The position numbers were made by a program, and so were the translations under genes. DNA of 64,000 bases from Candidatus Latescibacterota bacterium (GTDB lineage: Bacteria > Latescibacterota > UBA2968), in NCBI GenBank assembly GCA_965208125.1, contig OZ242320.1, positions 4,800,001 through 4,864,000 of the forward strand. Reading direction: 5' to 3'. The notes under the pieces were generated by a model that saw nothing but the letters and a program-made list of their open reading frames with translations, searched no databases and had not been told where the DNA came from. This document shows positions 9,517-21,139 of the stretch, piece by piece. Numbering within the stretch: position 1 is the stretch's first letter; each line of letters opens with the position of its first letter.

Positions 9517-11064
9517 TCAGGCGCGTGCGACTTCAAAGGCCGTGATATTGCGAGTGTTCTTGCTGAATTCTACTGCTATAAGGTGGATCGGCTGGTCAAG
9601 GTCGCGATATTTGTCGGCATATCGCTTTTCCTGCAATTGCGCCATTGCAGCACCTTCAGACGCCATTTCGACGACTTTGAACTCGAACAGGTAAATGTTG
9701 TCATTGAAGTGAACGGCCATGTCCAGACGCCCATGGCTACTGCTGTCTTCTACCGTGATATTCAGTCCCAGTCCCGCGAAATAGGAGTAGAATACGCTGG
9801 CATAGTAGCCTTCGAAATTGGCGATGTCGTTGTTGGTGTACCATTCGTAGGGGATGCTGGCGAAGAAGGCATGGAATAAGGTCTCCAGGCCAGCGAAGTC
9901 GTTAGCTTCCAATAGCCGATACAGGCGTACGGTGTTCGCCATCTGGCGCGTCGAATCTTTTACCAGATAGCGCAACAGGCTCTCGTTGAGGCTTTGGCGC
10001 ACTTCCCGATTGGGATAGCCCAACTGATAGAGAGACTTGCCGCCGAGGTCTTCTTGCTCTGTGATGGTGAGGTAGCCTGTCTGGAACAGCAATGCCTCGG
10101 TTGCCATGTCATCGACGTCAAAGGTGGATAACAACGCGTCATCACCGATCATGTTATCCAGTTCGAGGGAACTGACGCGGCGGTTGAAGAGGGTTTCGAT
10201 GAGGAAGGTGGGCGTGCCCGTCTCGAACCAGTAGGCTCCGAACTCGCGGCTGTCAAAGAGCAGGAGGATGTCAAAAGGATTGTACACCTTTTCGTCACCC
10301 AGCCAGCTATAACCGTTGTACCAGTCGCGTATCTGATCTCTGTCCAGTCCGGGCAGTTCTGGTGCGAATATCGTGTCGAGGTCCGCATCGGTATAGCCGC
10401 AAATAGTTGAGTAGCGCGTATCCAGCGTGATGTCGGTCAGGTTGTTGAGACCAGAGAAGATGCTCGCTTTGGAGAATTTGCTGACGCCCGTGAGAAAGGT
10501 GAAGTGAACGTGTGCGTCGCAGCCTTTAATGGTGGCATAAAAGCCGTGCAAGAAGTCGCGATTGGCGCGTGCAATCTCCGGGACTTCGAGTGCGTCTAAA
10601 ATCGGCTTGTCGTTTTCATCAATCAGAACGACAACGCGCTGACCGGCACGACCGTGAAGGATTTTCAAAATAGACGCAAAGCGTCCGGAGGCTGTGGTGT
10701 GCTCGGAGACAATTTTCGCGCGACGTTCTATGGCCGCGAGTTGTTCCATCACATTCGCCTGCAGGTAGCCCACCTCTTTGAAATTGCCGCTGCCAAAGCT
10801 GAGGCGCAGAACAGGATAGCGCACTTGCCAATCCCAGTGGTCGTGAATGTACAACCCCTCAAACAGTGGCTCGTTGCCCTCAAACAGTTCTTTCAAGGTG
10901 TCCAGAAACAGGCTTTTGCCAAAGCGACGTGGTCGCGATAGGAAATAGTGCGTGCCCTCGTTAAGCAATACTCGGATATACTTTGTCTTATCGACATAGT
11001 AGCAATTCTGATCCCGAATTTTGCGGAAGGTCTGAATGCCAATGGGTAGTCTGCGTCTGGTCAT
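9517..11064 (-). CDS. AAA-ATPase-like + PD-(D/E)XK nuclease protein (PF09820/PF08011 type)
   Basis: Start MTRRRLPIGIQTF with RBS gagga; YYVDKT, RPRRFGKS Walker A, YNPF, YWFETGTP, GRLDM...FEFK. Confidence 0.9.
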   Translation of the reverse strand: MTRRRLPIGIQTFRKIRDQNCYYVDKTKYIRVLLNEGTHYFLSRPRRFGKSLFLDTLKELFEGNEPLFEGLYIHDHWDWQVRYPVLRLSFGSGNFKEVGYLQANVMEQLAAIERRAKIVSEHTTASGRFASILKILHGRAGQRVVVLIDENDKPILDALEVPEIARANRDFLHGFYATIKGCDAHVHFTFLTGVSKFSKASIFSGLNNLTDITLDTRYSTICGYTDADLDTIFAPELPGLDRDQIRDWYNGYSWLGDEKVYNPFDILLLFDSREFGAYWFETGTPTFLIETLFNRRVSSLELDNMIGDDALLSTFDVDDMATEALLFQTGYLTITEQEDLGGKSLYQLGYPNREVRQSLNESLLRYLVKDSTRQMANTVRLYRLLEANDFAGLETLFHAFFASIPYEWYTNNDIANFEGYYASVFYSYFAGLGLNITVEDSSSHGRLDMAVHFNDNIYLFEFKVVEMASEGAAMAQLQEKRYADKYRDLDQPIHLIAVEFSKNTRNITAFEVARA

Positions 11065-11378
11065 GGTTCCTCTGTATTCACAAGATTCCACTTTGCCAGG
11101 GTATTTTTCAGGCGTCTTTTGCCAGAAAGTATCATAAGGATAGCACTTTTGCACAACTATTTTTTTTCTTGATGTTACGCATGTCTCGCGTTTGGGCAGA
11201 AAGCGGAAGCCTTTGCCCTTTCGCAATCGCGGCTGGATGTCCAAAAGTGCAGTTGCTAACCAGCGCGAGTGTTGATTTGAATTTGTCCATCGCTTCACAT
11301 TTCTGGTCCGTTGAACACTATTTACACAGGAGAATCTGATGCGGAATCTGATTCTGTCAATGTTATCAACACTTGCAC

Positions 11379-12030
11379 TGGAGTTGCCCCGCTTCAGTGG
11401 AGAGTTTAGGGCTTGTGTATCAAGCCTGTGAATGATGCAGTTTTTCGTAAACTATCGGCGCATAGTAGGCGATGGAAGAATGCCTGCGATGCGGGTTATA
11501 CCATCCTTCAATGTAGGAGAAGATAGCCAGCCGCGCTTCCTTGTGTGTACGGAAGGACCGGCGATTGATCAGTTCACACTCCAAGGTGGCGAAGAAGCTC
11601 TCGCACAGTGCGTTGTCATAGCAGTCGCCAGCAGCCCCATTGAGGGACGTACGCCTGCTTCACGACAACGCTTTCCAAATGCTATCGAGGTATATTGCAC
11701 CCCCTGGTCAGAGTGGTGGATCACATCTTCGGGTCGGCGCTGGTAAAGGGCCATATTTAAAGCTGACAAGACCAACTCGCTTTGTAGGTGTGTCGCTATT
11801 GCCCAGCCCACGACGCGGCGAGAGAAGGCATCCATGACAACACTGAGATACAAGAAGCCAGACCAAATGGACAGATTCGGAATTCGGCAACAGCATCCAA
11901 AACGGGTCAAGTCCACGTCGCGGGCTACCCAGCTTCTACGATACCGAGCCTTTTCGGGCGCGGTTTCTGGTGTTGATGGTCTCAGGAGAATGTCAAGACG
12001 GAGCGGTTCAAGGCGAGGTCGCTGACGGTA
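11379..12030 (-). mobile_element. IS3-family insertion sequence remnant (frameshifted OrfB integrase core and one terminal repeat)
   Basis: FLYLSVVMDAFSRRVVGW, HHSDQGVQYTS and, after a frameshift, DCYDNALCESFF; IS3-like end tggagttgccccgcttcagtgg at 11379. Confidence 0.85.
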
Positions 12031-12326
12031 GAATTGAGGCCACCGTCACGGCATGGGGAGAAACAGAGCGCATTGTTCTGAAATGAGACTCATCAGATGT
12101 TCTTATATTTTCTTTGACTCTCAAATCTACCAAATTATATTCTATTGGCACTTGCTCAACTTATGGCATACGAAAATTTTGACCCATACGATGTGTGTCT
12201 TTCTCAATATCATCCGCCATCGAGATCCCCTTGATTTTGATGGCCTCGTTCACTTTTGAAGTCACACATCACGTTATTATTATTTAAGTTTGCAAATGTG
12301 AGATACAATATATAAAAAGGTTCTTT

Positions 12327-15300
12327 TTGATGATCCAATCACTTGACCGTACAGGCACCTGGAGAACTTATTCCATGGCCGATGGCCTGGCCGGGATGCG
12401 CGTTGAACACATAGCCGAAGATAGAGACGGCTATCTCTGGTTCGCCACATGGGACAACGGTGTTAGTCGCTTCGATGGAGACGAGTTTCGAAATTTTACA
12501 CAACAGGACGGTCTTATTGGAGATAGCGTTTATTTTGTTTCAAAAGACTCTCAGAATCGGTTGTGGTTCGGCACATTAAATGGCGTCTGCTGGTACGACG
12601 GTGCAAACTTTCATCATTTGGAAGACGACGGGATAGCAGGCCGTGCTGTGCAGTTCATTTACGAAGACAGCGAGGGGCATATATGGTGTGGTGGTCGCAG
12701 GACTCTGGGATATTATGACGGCATTGTGTACCACGACCTGATGCCGCTCTACCTTGAGCACTACGAGCCGCTACCTTTGTATAAACAGTGCCGGGGTATA
12801 GCCCAGGACCTGGAAGGTTGTCTGTGGTTTGGCTTTAATCACCTCATTCGCTTTGATGGCACATCTTTCTATTGCTACGGAAAAGAAGTGGGATTCCCCG
12901 ATCTCTGGAGGAGCTATGCCGTTGGTCAGGATGATACCGGTAAGGTGTGGGTCGGTCAGCGTGGACCTCAGAACGGCGGACTCTGGTACTATACCGATGG
13001 CTCCTTCCAGCCTGTTCAAGTCGATTTGGATAGTGATCTGCGCAAAATTCAGTGCGACGGTACAGGTCGGATGTGGTTTAGCACTTCAGAAGGCGTGCTC
13101 TATCAAGACGGTGATGGATTCAGCAGGTTTACCCCTGCCGATGGTCTGCCTCATCCCGCAGTCAAAGCCGTGTACCAGGATCGCGAGCATCAGTATTGGT
13201 TTGCTACGTGGGGTGGCGTCGGTCTTTACGATGCGCATAGTATCAGCATTTTCGACTTCAGTGCAAGGGTCTCTGAAGGCGTGAGTGAGGTCTCGCAGAT
13301 CGTGCAAGACAGTCGCGGTGATATATGGGTGGGGTCTGTGTCTCCTGTTTTTCAATATCAAAGCAATAGCGTCTTTCGCTTTGATGGAAAGGCCATTGAC
13401 CTGATAGGCCCTGAGGATGATTTTGATATCAATAACTGTTTTGCCATCTACGAAGACCACGACGGGTATCTGTGGTTTGGTGGCATCAATGGCTTATTCC
13501 GCTACGATGGGCAGAAGCTGAAAAAAATGCAAACAACCGCAGGTTCAAGCAGTATTTGTGCAATTGCCCAGGATCGGGAAGGGCAATTTATTTTTGGTCA
13601 TTGGGAAAAGAAAAAAGACAAAAGAGACACAGACCTTTTTACCAGTCCATTGAGGCTCACTTATCAGCGGGGTGAGCAGTTCCAAACCATTTTTGTAAAA
13701 GATAAAAATCAGGATCCTCGCAGCTACATCGGTACTGTGATTGCCGGGCGCGATGGCGAGGTTTATTTTTATCTCGCTCATCAACATTTCTCTGACATCG
13801 ACAAGGGCTTCGCCCGCTGGCATCCCAAAGATGACCTCAAATTTTACGGGGTTGAAGACGGACTGATCGACGACAGGGTCAGTGACTTGCTATTAGACCG
13901 CCATGGCAACCTGTGGGTGGCTACCCAGGGCGGTCTCGCCTGTTTTAATGGTAGCACCTTCCAGACCTTCACGACTGAAGACGGTTTGCCGAACAACCGC
14001 ATCCATTGCTTGCTTGAGGACTCTCAAGGTCACCTCTGGCTTGGCACAGGCGGCGGCGTAGTTCACTACGATGGCCAGCTTTTCCAGACCATCAAGTCAT
14101 CACACATAGGACCGGTGCTCAAAATACTCGAAGACCGCGATGGCGCCTTCTATTTCGGTACAGCCCAAAACACTCTGGTGCGCTACCGCCAGCGACAGAC
14201 GCCGCCCATGATTCGCCTGATTCAAGTTGTCGCTGGTCAGGTCTATGAGAACCTGAAGGAAGACATCGTCTCTACGATGGATCAAGATGTAATTTTTGAA
14301 TACAAGAGCCTGAGTTTTTCTACACACCCTCGCGACATGCTCTATGTCTATCGCCTGAAGGGCTACGATGCTGACTGGCAGCCTGCGACACGAGAAATGA
14401 GGGTGCATTATCAGAACTTGCCGCCAGGAGACTACACGTTTCAGGTCAGAGCGATAGATCGCGATCTCAATTACTCAGAGATGGCGCAAGTACAACTCTC
14501 AGTAAAGCCAGATCCACGTATTGAGGGCCTGACTGCGACACTCAATACTCAGGGGGATAACGAGTTTATTGGTCAGAGTGCGGCCTTACATGCGTTTCAA
14601 AATCAGCTCAGACAGGTAGCATCGACTGATATAACGGTGCTGATTCTGGGTGAGACGGGTGCAGGCAAGGGACTGGCTGCTCGGATGCTACACGGACTGA
14701 GTGCCCATCGCGATGGTCCTTTTATACAAGTCAACTGCGGTGCTTTGCCAGTAATGCTGATTGATAGTGAACTCTTTGGTCACGAAAAAGGGGCTTTTAC
14801 CAGCGCGGTTTCCCGTAGGCTGGGCAAGGTGGAACTGGCTAAGGGCGGCACGCTCTTTTTGGACGAGGTCGGCGATATGAGTCTGGAAACGCAGGCCAGG
14901 ATGTTGCGATTGCTGGAAGAGGGCACGTTTGAGCGCGTTGGGGGTAGCGAGATACTGAAGGCTCAGACGCGTATTGTGGCAGCGACAAATCGCAATATCA
15001 AGGAGATGGTCAGATCAGAAGCTTTCCGAGAGGACCTCTATTATCGCCTCAATCCCTTTCCAATATATTTGCCGCCACTGCGCGAGCGCAAGGAGGACAT
15101 ACCAGACCTTGCCGAGTATTTCAAGAATCGCATGGCAGCGCATTTGGGCAAGCAAATTGAACCCTTGACGCCAGAGGTTATCGAGGTGTTGCAAACCTAC
15201 TATTGGCCTGGAAATGTGCGGGAACTGGAACATACCATAAACCGAGCCATCATTGTGTGTCGCAGTTCTCAAATTGAAGCGCGGGATCTGGGACTGTATA

Positions 15301-15512
15301 ATTCTCAGCCCGCAGGTGCAGATCCTGGTCATAAGCTATATCAAGACCGAGAAGTCGTGTCTTTGGATGAACTTGAACGGCGCCACATTCTCACAGTACT
15401 CAAAGCGACCAACTATCAGGTAAAAGGTGTTCAGGGTGCTGCGGCACTGCTGGGATTACCGCCTTCTACCCTTTTCAGCAAAATAAAAAGACTGGGCCTT
15501 AAGCGCCCTTAA
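12327..15512 (+). CDS. Sigma-54-dependent enhancer-binding protein with N-terminal two-component-regulator beta-propeller and Y_Y_Y domain
   Basis: Repeated EDxxGxLWFGT/DGL propeller motifs; YVYRLKGYD...[12 protein letters not shown]; [38 protein letters not shown]; Fis-type HTH. Confidence 0.92.
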   Translation: MMIQSLDRTGTWRTYSMADGLAGMRVEHIAEDRDGYLWFATWDNGVSRFDGDEFRNFTQQDGLIGDSVYFVSKDSQNRLWFGTLNGVCWYDGANFHHLEDDGIAGRAVQFIYEDSEGHIWCGGRRTLGYYDGIVYHDLMPLYLEHYEPLPLYKQCRGIAQDLEGCLWFGFNHLIRFDGTSFYCYGKEVGFPDLWRSYAVGQDDTGKVWVGQRGPQNGGLWYYTDGSFQPVQVDLDSDLRKIQCDGTGRMWFSTSEGVLYQDGDGFSRFTPADGLPHPAVKAVYQDREHQYWFATWGGVGLYDAHSISIFDFSARVSEGVSEVSQIVQDSRGDIWVGSVSPVFQYQSNSVFRFDGKAIDLIGPEDDFDINNCFAIYEDHDGYLWFGGINGLFRYDGQKLKKMQTTAGSSSICAIAQDREGQFIFGHWEKKKDKRDTDLFTSPLRLTYQRGEQFQTIFVKDKNQDPRSYIGTVIAGRDGEVYFYLAHQHFSDIDKGFARWHPKDDLKFYGVEDGLIDDRVSDLLLDRHGNLWVATQGGLACFNGSTFQTFTTEDGLPNNRIHCLLEDSQGHLWLGTGGGVVHYDGQLFQTIKSSHIGPVLKILEDRDGAFYFGTAQNTLVRYRQRQTPPMIRLIQVVAGQVYENLKEDIVSTMDQDVIFEYKSLSFSTHPRDMLYVYRLKGYDADWQPATREMRVHYQNLPPGDYTFQVRAIDRDLNYSEMAQVQLSVKPDPRIEGLTATLNTQGDNEFIGQSAALHAFQNQLRQVASTDITVLILGETGAGKGLAARMLHGLSAHRDGPFIQVNCGALPVMLIDSELFGHEKGAFTSAVSRRLGKVELAKGGTLFLDEVGDMSLETQARMLRLLEEGTFERVGGSEILKAQTRIVAATNRNIKEMVRSEAFREDLYYRLNPFPIYLPPLRERKEDIPDLAEYFKNRMAAHLGKQIEPLTPEVIEVLQTYYWPGNVRELEHTINRAIIVCRSSQIEARDLGLYNSQPAGADPGHKLYQDREVVSLDELERRHILTVLKATNYQVKGVQGAAALLGLPPSTLFSKIKRLGLKRP

Positions 15513-15696
15513 GGGCGAATGATCGCCCAATAGCCATAAATATTTAAAAATAAGCAGGATACGAGCCAGACTAACTTATATCTGGGCGATGTATTGTCCC
15601 TTGATATAAAATTGAGTCTGGCTTTTTGTTTTTAATGATATTTCTATCCTATTAAAAAATAACATGTTGTGAATATATTTTTCTATCCATTTACAG

Positions 15697-15712
15697 TGGC
15701 ACACTTTTTGCT
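15697..15712 (+). promoter_or_regulatory. Sigma-54 -24/-12 promoter
   Basis: TGGCAC-ACTTT-TTGCT matches the TGGCAC-N5-TTGCW consensus and is preceded by an AT-rich tract. Confidence 0.85.
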
Positions 15713-15871
15713 TTTTATGTGGTTTTTCTTTCCGTGATCCTAAGGTCACCCTTAAAACCAAAATACGCTTCGCTTTTGGCTGCACAAAAGCCTTTAGACA
15801 GTGTGGGAAACTCAAAAACTGGCTCCGTTCTAAAAATTTTGCGATTCTATCGCCTTGCCAGTTTACAGATC

Positions 15872-15950
15872 GGTAAGGGCAGTGCCTTGTGCCTGCCCGA
15901 TAGTGCTGTATTTCTATCCTATAGGGAGGGATTGGAAGATGACACTCAAA
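15872..15950 (+). repeat. Conserved leader/RBS element, copy 1 of 3 (others at about 21443-21515 and 26581-26660)
   Basis: g(c/t)agt.cc..gtgcc...g.ta..gctgtatt(t)ctatcct.tagggagg...aa.atga in all three copies. Confidence 0.85.
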
Positions 15951-18900
15951 TATTTCCTTTTGATGATCGCCCTGACGTTGCTTGTGGGTGCAGGTCAGGC
16001 ATCTGCACAGGGTCCGAGTGTGTCGCTCAGGCATGTTCCCGATGCAGGTGGCACCGAAGGCATCATTTCTGGACCGGGCACGACCTTTACGGTCAGGGTT
16101 TCCCAAACAGGTGTTAACGATATTCCTGGGATTGCCAATGCGGCTCGCCTGAATATTGATTTTGCATTTGATACATCTGTTGTAAATCTTACTACTCCGA
16201 TTGGCTTTCGCCGAGCCGATAATGCAACTGGTACTACGCTTACCCTGATCGCTTTTCCGAGACCTACCCTAACAGTGCCAGACTCCGTTGATCTCACTTT
16301 TACGACGAGTGCTGATTATGATGGTTCTGAGTTTACCATTGAAATTACGGGGGTCAGTAGTACAGGGATTGCAATTCCTCTATCAGAAAAGCTCACCTTT
16401 AATTCCGTCCGTCCGCTTCCTCTCGATCCCCAGCTTCATCTGGATACACAGATTGAAAGTCCTGCACAGAACAACAGTGTGCTGACCTTCACGGACAAGA
16501 GGCCGGGTGATACCCTCCAAATTCAGCTTTTTGTGCCAAATGTAGCAGGTCAGGACATCCAGGCTTTCACACTCGAACTGGCCTTACAGGGCAAGACATT
16601 TGCCGATTTTATCAGTAGCATATCCGGCAGTGATTGGACAGGTGGCGACCTATTCCCTGGAACATCTGCATCTAACCTCCCAACGCTGAGTGGGCTGTTT
16701 CTCAATGCTGCGCCTGTACCTATGACGGGGTATCTGGGTCAAATAGACCTTGAGGTGATCGGTGTGCTGAGCGACCAGGACAAGTTGCGCGTCACCAGTG
16801 CTTTCCTCGCTGTTGCGGGTGGGGCACTACAATCTATGGATGTGTCCGATGTGGAGGTTTCCTTTGCGCCAATCTGTCCTGGAGATTTTGACGACAATGG
16901 GATCGTCAACATGGCAGATTTTATGCTCTTTGAGGGGGTGTTTGGCACGCGGTCTTCGGATGCTGCTTACAATGCACTGATGGACATGGACAGCAGTGGG
17001 GGTATAGATGTGGCAGATTTTATGCTCTTTGTCGATGTATTCGACACTACCTGTAAGCAACAACCTCCGGGTGATGGCGGTGGTGGACAAACGGGAGTTT
17101 CTATTCCGGATGCGAACCTTCGTGCTGTGATTGAGGACAGTCTGAGTAAGGCGAGCGGTGCGCCGATCACGCAGGCAGAAATGGCGAGCTTGAGGCGCCT
17201 TGAAGCACCGGACTCGGACATCGGCGATTTGATCGGGCTTGAATTTGCAATTGGTCTGACAGATCTGGGTCTTTACAGCAACAGCATCTCGGACCTCTCA
17301 CCTCTATCTAACTTGACCAACTTGACATGGCTGCGGCTTTCCAGCAACAGCATCTCGGACCTCTCACCTCTATCTAACTTGACCAACCTGACATGGCTGA
17401 GTGTTCACGATAACGATTTATCGGGTGAACTTCCGTCTCCTTTGGGCAACTTGACCAACTTGCGACATCTGGAGGTTGGTTGGAACCGGCTTTCAGGTGA
17501 GCTCCCATCGTGGCTGGGCAACTTCACCAACTTGGAAGTGCTGATACTTAGTAACAACCAGTTTTCGGGTTCTCTTCCGTCGTGGTTGGGCAACCTCACC
17601 AACATGCGATTGCTGTATCTTTCCGATAATAATTTCTCGGGCGCACTCCCTTTGTCTTTGGTCAATCTCAGGTTGGAATCGCTATTTCTGGATAACACGC
17701 AGTTGTGCGTGCCGACGGATGCCGCATTCCAGACGTGGCTGGAAGGCATCGAGAACAAGCGTGGCGTTGTCAACTGCGCGGATGAGAGTAGTGGTAGCGG
17801 AACGCCAAAGATGTACTGGACAGACCATGTGACGGACAAGATCCAGCGGGCGAACCTGGACGGCAGCGGGGTGGAAGACCTCGTCACCGGATTGAGCAGT
17901 CCAACCGACCTGGACCTGGGCAACGGCGGATTTTACTGGACGGACTACGGGACAGGCAAGATTCAGCGGGCGAACCTGGACGGGTCGGGAGTCGAGGACC
18001 TCATCACTTCCGGGTTGCGCGTCCCATCCGGTATTGCCCTGGATATGGGCAACGGCAAGATGTACTGGACGGATGTAGGGACGGATAAGATCCAGCGGGC
18101 GAACCTGGACGGCAGCGGAGTGGAAGACCTCGTTACGGGATTAGATCACCCACACCGCATTGCCCTGGATATGGGCAACGGCAAGATGTACTGGACGGAC
18201 GGGGTGACGGATAAGATTCAGCGGGCGAACCTGGACGGCAGCGGAGTGGAAGACCTCGTCGTCTCCGGTTTAAACGACCCAGTTGGCATTGCCCTAGATC
18301 TGGATAACAGCAAGATGTACTGGACGGATCTGAGGGCCCTTAAGATCCAGCGGGCGAACCTGGACGGCAGCGGGGTGGAAGACCTCGTTACGGGATTGGA
18401 GGGTTATCCAGACGGCATCGCTCTGGACTTGGGCAACGGTAAGATGTACTGGACGACCGCGTTGACGGGCAAGATCCAGCGGGCGAACCTGGACGGCAGC
18501 GGGGTGGAAGACCTCGTTACGGGATTGGGCAATCCACACGGCATTGTGTTGAATATTTCAGGGGATAGTGGCAGTACGTCGGTTACCATCCCTGATGCGA
18601 ACCTGCGCGCTGTTATTGAGGACAAGCTCGGCAAGGCGCGTGGTGCGTTGATCACCCCATCCGAGATGGCGAGCTTGACGAGCCTTGATGTGCCGCCGAA
18701 CTCGAACATCAGCGATTTGACCGGGCTTGAGTTTGCAACTGGTCTGAACAGTTTGGATCTTGGCATCAACAGCATCTCAGATGTGTCCGCACTGTCTAAC
18801 CTTACTAACCTGACAGTGCTGTCTATGAACAACAACAGCATCTTAGATGTGTCTGCCCTGTCTGGTCTGACTAACCTGACAGTGCTGTCTATGAACAACA

Positions 18901-20774
18901 ACAGCATCTTAGATGTGTCTGCCCTATCTAACCTTACTAACCTGACAAATCTGTATCTTGGCGGCAACAGAATCTCGGACGTGTCTGCTCTGTCAGGACT
19001 GACCAACCTGACATGGCTGGAGCTTGGATCCAACAGCATCTCAGATGTGTCTGTCTTGCCTGGCCTGACCAATCTGACATGGCTAAGTCTTGGCCAAAAC
19101 AGCATCTCGGATGTATCGTCACTGTCTTCCTTGACCAACCTGAGAGGGCTGTTTCTTGACGGCAACCAGTTGACGGGCAGTATCCCCTCTTGGCTGGGTA
19201 GCCTCACCAACCTGCAAAGGCTGGGGCTATCTGACAACGCCGGTCTTTCCGGCCTCTTACCAGGTTCGTTCACCAGTCTCGCCAATCTCCAGTATCTGTA
19301 TCTTGCAGATACGGGGTTGTGTGCGCCAACAGATGCGGCGTTCCAGGCATGGCTGGAAGGCATCGAGAACAAGAGCGGCGTTGTCAACTGCGGCGGTGGC
19401 CTGTCAGGTCCTGACTTCGCCAAACATGTGATCGATGATGTGGATCGTCTTCTCAACGTCGAAGACCTCTACGGGCTGGATCTCGACGCCGATGGCGATC
19501 TGGACATCCTCACGGGCGGGGCAAATGCGGACGTGCATTGGCACGAGAACGACGGCGGCGTCTTCACCCAGAGGTTGATATTTAGCGCGGGTAGCGGCAG
19601 GCGCGTGTACCCGGCCGACGTCGATGGGGATGGCGATGCCGACGTGCTCTCCGCCGCCTGGAGCGACGACAAGATCGCGTGGCACGAGAACGACGGCAGC
19701 GGCGTCTTCGTGGAGCGCGTGATCTCGACGAACGCGGACGGGGCCCAATCGGTGCATGCGGCGGACCTGGACGGGGACGGCGATGCCGACGTGCTCTCCG
19801 CCTCCAGTTACGACGACAAGATCGCGTGGTATGAGAACGACGGCGGCGTCTTCGTGGAGCGCGTGATCTCGACCGACGCCGACCGGGCCGAGTGGGTGCA
19901 CGCCGCCGATGTCGACGGCGATGGCGATGCCGACGTGCTGTACGTCGCTTGGGAGGACCACAAGATCGCGTGGTATGAGAACGACGGCGGCGGCGTCTTC
20001 GTGGAGCGCGTGATCTCGACCGATTTCGTCGGCCCCTATTTCGTGCATGCGGCGGATCTGGACGGGGACGGGGACGCCGACGTGCTCTCCGCCTCCGCCG
20101 TGAACCGGGACGCGGAGATCGCGTGGTACGAGAACGACGGCGGCGTGTTCGAGAAGCGGGTCATCTCGACGAATACGAGCGCCGAAGTGCATACGGCGGA
20201 CCTGGACGGGGACGGCGATGCCGACGTGCTCTTCGCCTCCAGTTACGACGACAAGATCGCGTGGTATGAGAACGACGGCGGCGGCGTCTTCGTGGAGCGC
20301 GTGGTCTCAACGGTCCTGTCACTTCGGGGAGTAGGCGCGGCGGACCTAGATGGAGACGGCGACCTGGATGTGCTGTCAGCATCGGGTGGCGACGAGCCGC
20401 TCGCCTGGCACGAGAACCTGTCGAACCACGGCGACGACCACGGGGACGCGCCTGACGCCGCAACGCTGGCGACGGCGCTGCCAGCGTTCCTGCACGGCGT
20501 GCTGGAGTCGGCGGGGGACCGCGACGTCTTCCGCGTGGCGACCGGAAGCGGCACGCTCCGCGTGTACTCGAACGGACCGACCAACACGTACGGAACGCTG
20601 CTGGACGCCAACGGCGCAGTGATGGCCGGGAACGACGATTCCGGCGCGGGGTTGAACTTCGAGATCGAGACGGCGGTCGGGGCGGGGGTCCACTACGTCG
20701 AGGTCAGCAGCTACGCCGATGCAACGACGGGACCCTACACTGTGTCCATCGAGTTCGTTGCCAACCGGCCATGA
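15939..20774 (+). CDS. Large secreted modular protein: two cohesin-like beta-sandwiches, dockerin-like, LRR, 6 YWTD, LRR, FG-GAP/VCBS propeller, PPC-like C-terminal domain
   Basis: Start MTLKYFLLM after RBS gggaggg; GDFDDNGIVNMADF; IPDANLRAVI LRR caps; ADLDGDGDADVLSA repeats; DDHGD...GVHYVEVS. Confidence 0.9.
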   Translation: MTLKYFLLMIALTLLVGAGQASAQGPSVSLRHVPDAGGTEGIISGPGTTFTVRVSQTGVNDIPGIANAARLNIDFAFDTSVVNLTTPIGFRRADNATGTTLTLIAFPRPTLTVPDSVDLTFTTSADYDGSEFTIEITGVSSTGIAIPLSEKLTFNSVRPLPLDPQLHLDTQIESPAQNNSVLTFTDKRPGDTLQIQLFVPNVAGQDIQAFTLELALQGKTFADFISSISGSDWTGGDLFPGTSASNLPTLSGLFLNAAPVPMTGYLGQIDLEVIGVLSDQDKLRVTSAFLAVAGGALQSMDVSDVEVSFAPICPGDFDDNGIVNMADFMLFEGVFGTRSSDAAYNALMDMDSSGGIDVADFMLFVDVFDTTCKQQPPGDGGGGQTGVSIPDANLRAVIEDSLSKASGAPITQAEMASLRRLEAPDSDIGDLIGLEFAIGLTDLGLYSNSISDLSPLSNLTNLTWLRLSSNSISDLSPLSNLTNLTWLSVHDNDLSGELPSPLGNLTNLRHLEVGWNRLSGELPSWLGNFTNLEVLILSNNQFSGSLPSWLGNLTNMRLLYLSDNNFSGALPLSLVNLRLESLFLDNTQLCVPTDAAFQTWLEGIENKRGVVNCADESSGSGTPKMYWTDHVTDKIQRANLDGSGVEDLVTGLSSPTDLDLGNGGFYWTDYGTGKIQRANLDGSGVEDLITSGLRVPSGIALDMGNGKMYWTDVGTDKIQRANLDGSGVEDLVTGLDHPHRIALDMGNGKMYWTDGVTDKIQRANLDGSGVEDLVVSGLNDPVGIALDLDNSKMYWTDLRALKIQRANLDGSGVEDLVTGLEGYPDGIALDLGNGKMYWTTALTGKIQRANLDGSGVEDLVTGLGNPHGIVLNISGDSGSTSVTIPDANLRAVIEDKLGKARGALITPSEMASLTSLDVPPNSNISDLTGLEFATGLNSLDLGINSISDVSALSNLTNLTVLSMNNNSILDVSALSGLTNLTVLSMNNNSILDVSALSNLTNLTNLYLGGNRISDVSALSGLTNLTWLELGSNSISDVSVLPGLTNLTWLSLGQNSISDVSSLSSLTNLRGLFLDGNQLTGSIPSWLGSLTNLQRLGLSDNAGLSGLLPGSFTSLANLQYLYLADTGLCAPTDAAFQAWLEGIENKSGVVNCGGGLSGPDFAKHVIDDVDRLLNVEDLYGLDLDADGDLDILTGGANADVHWHENDGGVFTQRLIFSAGSGRRVYPADVDGDGDADVLSAAWSDDKIAWHENDGSGVFVERVISTNADGAQSVHAADLDGDGDADVLSASSYDDKIAWYENDGGVFVERVISTDADRAEWVHAADVDGDGDADVLYVAWEDHKIAWYENDGGGVFVERVISTDFVGPYFVHAADLDGDGDADVLSASAVNRDAEIAWYENDGGVFEKRVISTNTSAEVHTADLDGDGDADVLFASSYDDKIAWYENDGGGVFVERVVSTVLSLRGVGAADLDGDGDLDVLSASGGDEPLAWHENLSNHGDDHGDAPDAATLATALPAFLHGVLESAGDRDVFRVATGSGTLRVYSNGPTNTYGTLLDANGAVMAGNDDSGAGLNFEIETAVGAGVHYVEVSSYADATTGPYTVSIEFVANRP
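16413..17187 (+). repeat. 775-bp near-identical direct repeat shared with 27278-28052 (cohesin-like, dockerin and LRR cap)
   Basis: ccgcttcctctcgatccccagctt...gcaggcaga(a/g)atggcga at a constant offset of 10865. Confidence 0.95.
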
Positions 20775-21139
20775 TTCGTTGCGAGCGATCCGGGAAGCCA
20801 GAGCTACACGACCGGCATTGCGGAAGATCGGCATCGATCAAAACGGCGACAGCTGGTGGCAATCTCGTCAGGCTAACGAACAATTCCACACATGATGATC
20901 GTCCCGATTGGTCGCCGGATGGCTCCGAGATCGTTTTCATGTCCAATCGAGACAATTACGCTGGCGGTAAGATATACGTGATGAATGCCGATGGCAGCAA
21001 CTTCGTCCAGTTGACGGAGAGCGGCGACATCAGCGGATATGGAATCGATTGGTCGCCCGATGGTAGCAAGCTTGTTTTTGTCTCCAACCGCGATGGCGAC
21101 GATGATGTTTACGTCGCAGAGTTTGTGATCAGTTCTTGA
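20771..21139 (+). pseudogene. C-terminal relic of a TolB-like (PD40 repeat) protein
   Basis: Two PDWSPDGS.IVF.SNRD repeats; the N-terminus is non-homologous and lacks a signal peptide. Confidence 0.7.

Noticed and set aside
11065-11298. N-terminal extensions in the ORF track (also at 15855, 21553, 30411, 41572, 50597 and 61284)
   Set aside because: Family homology, signal peptides and RBS positions point to downstream starts.
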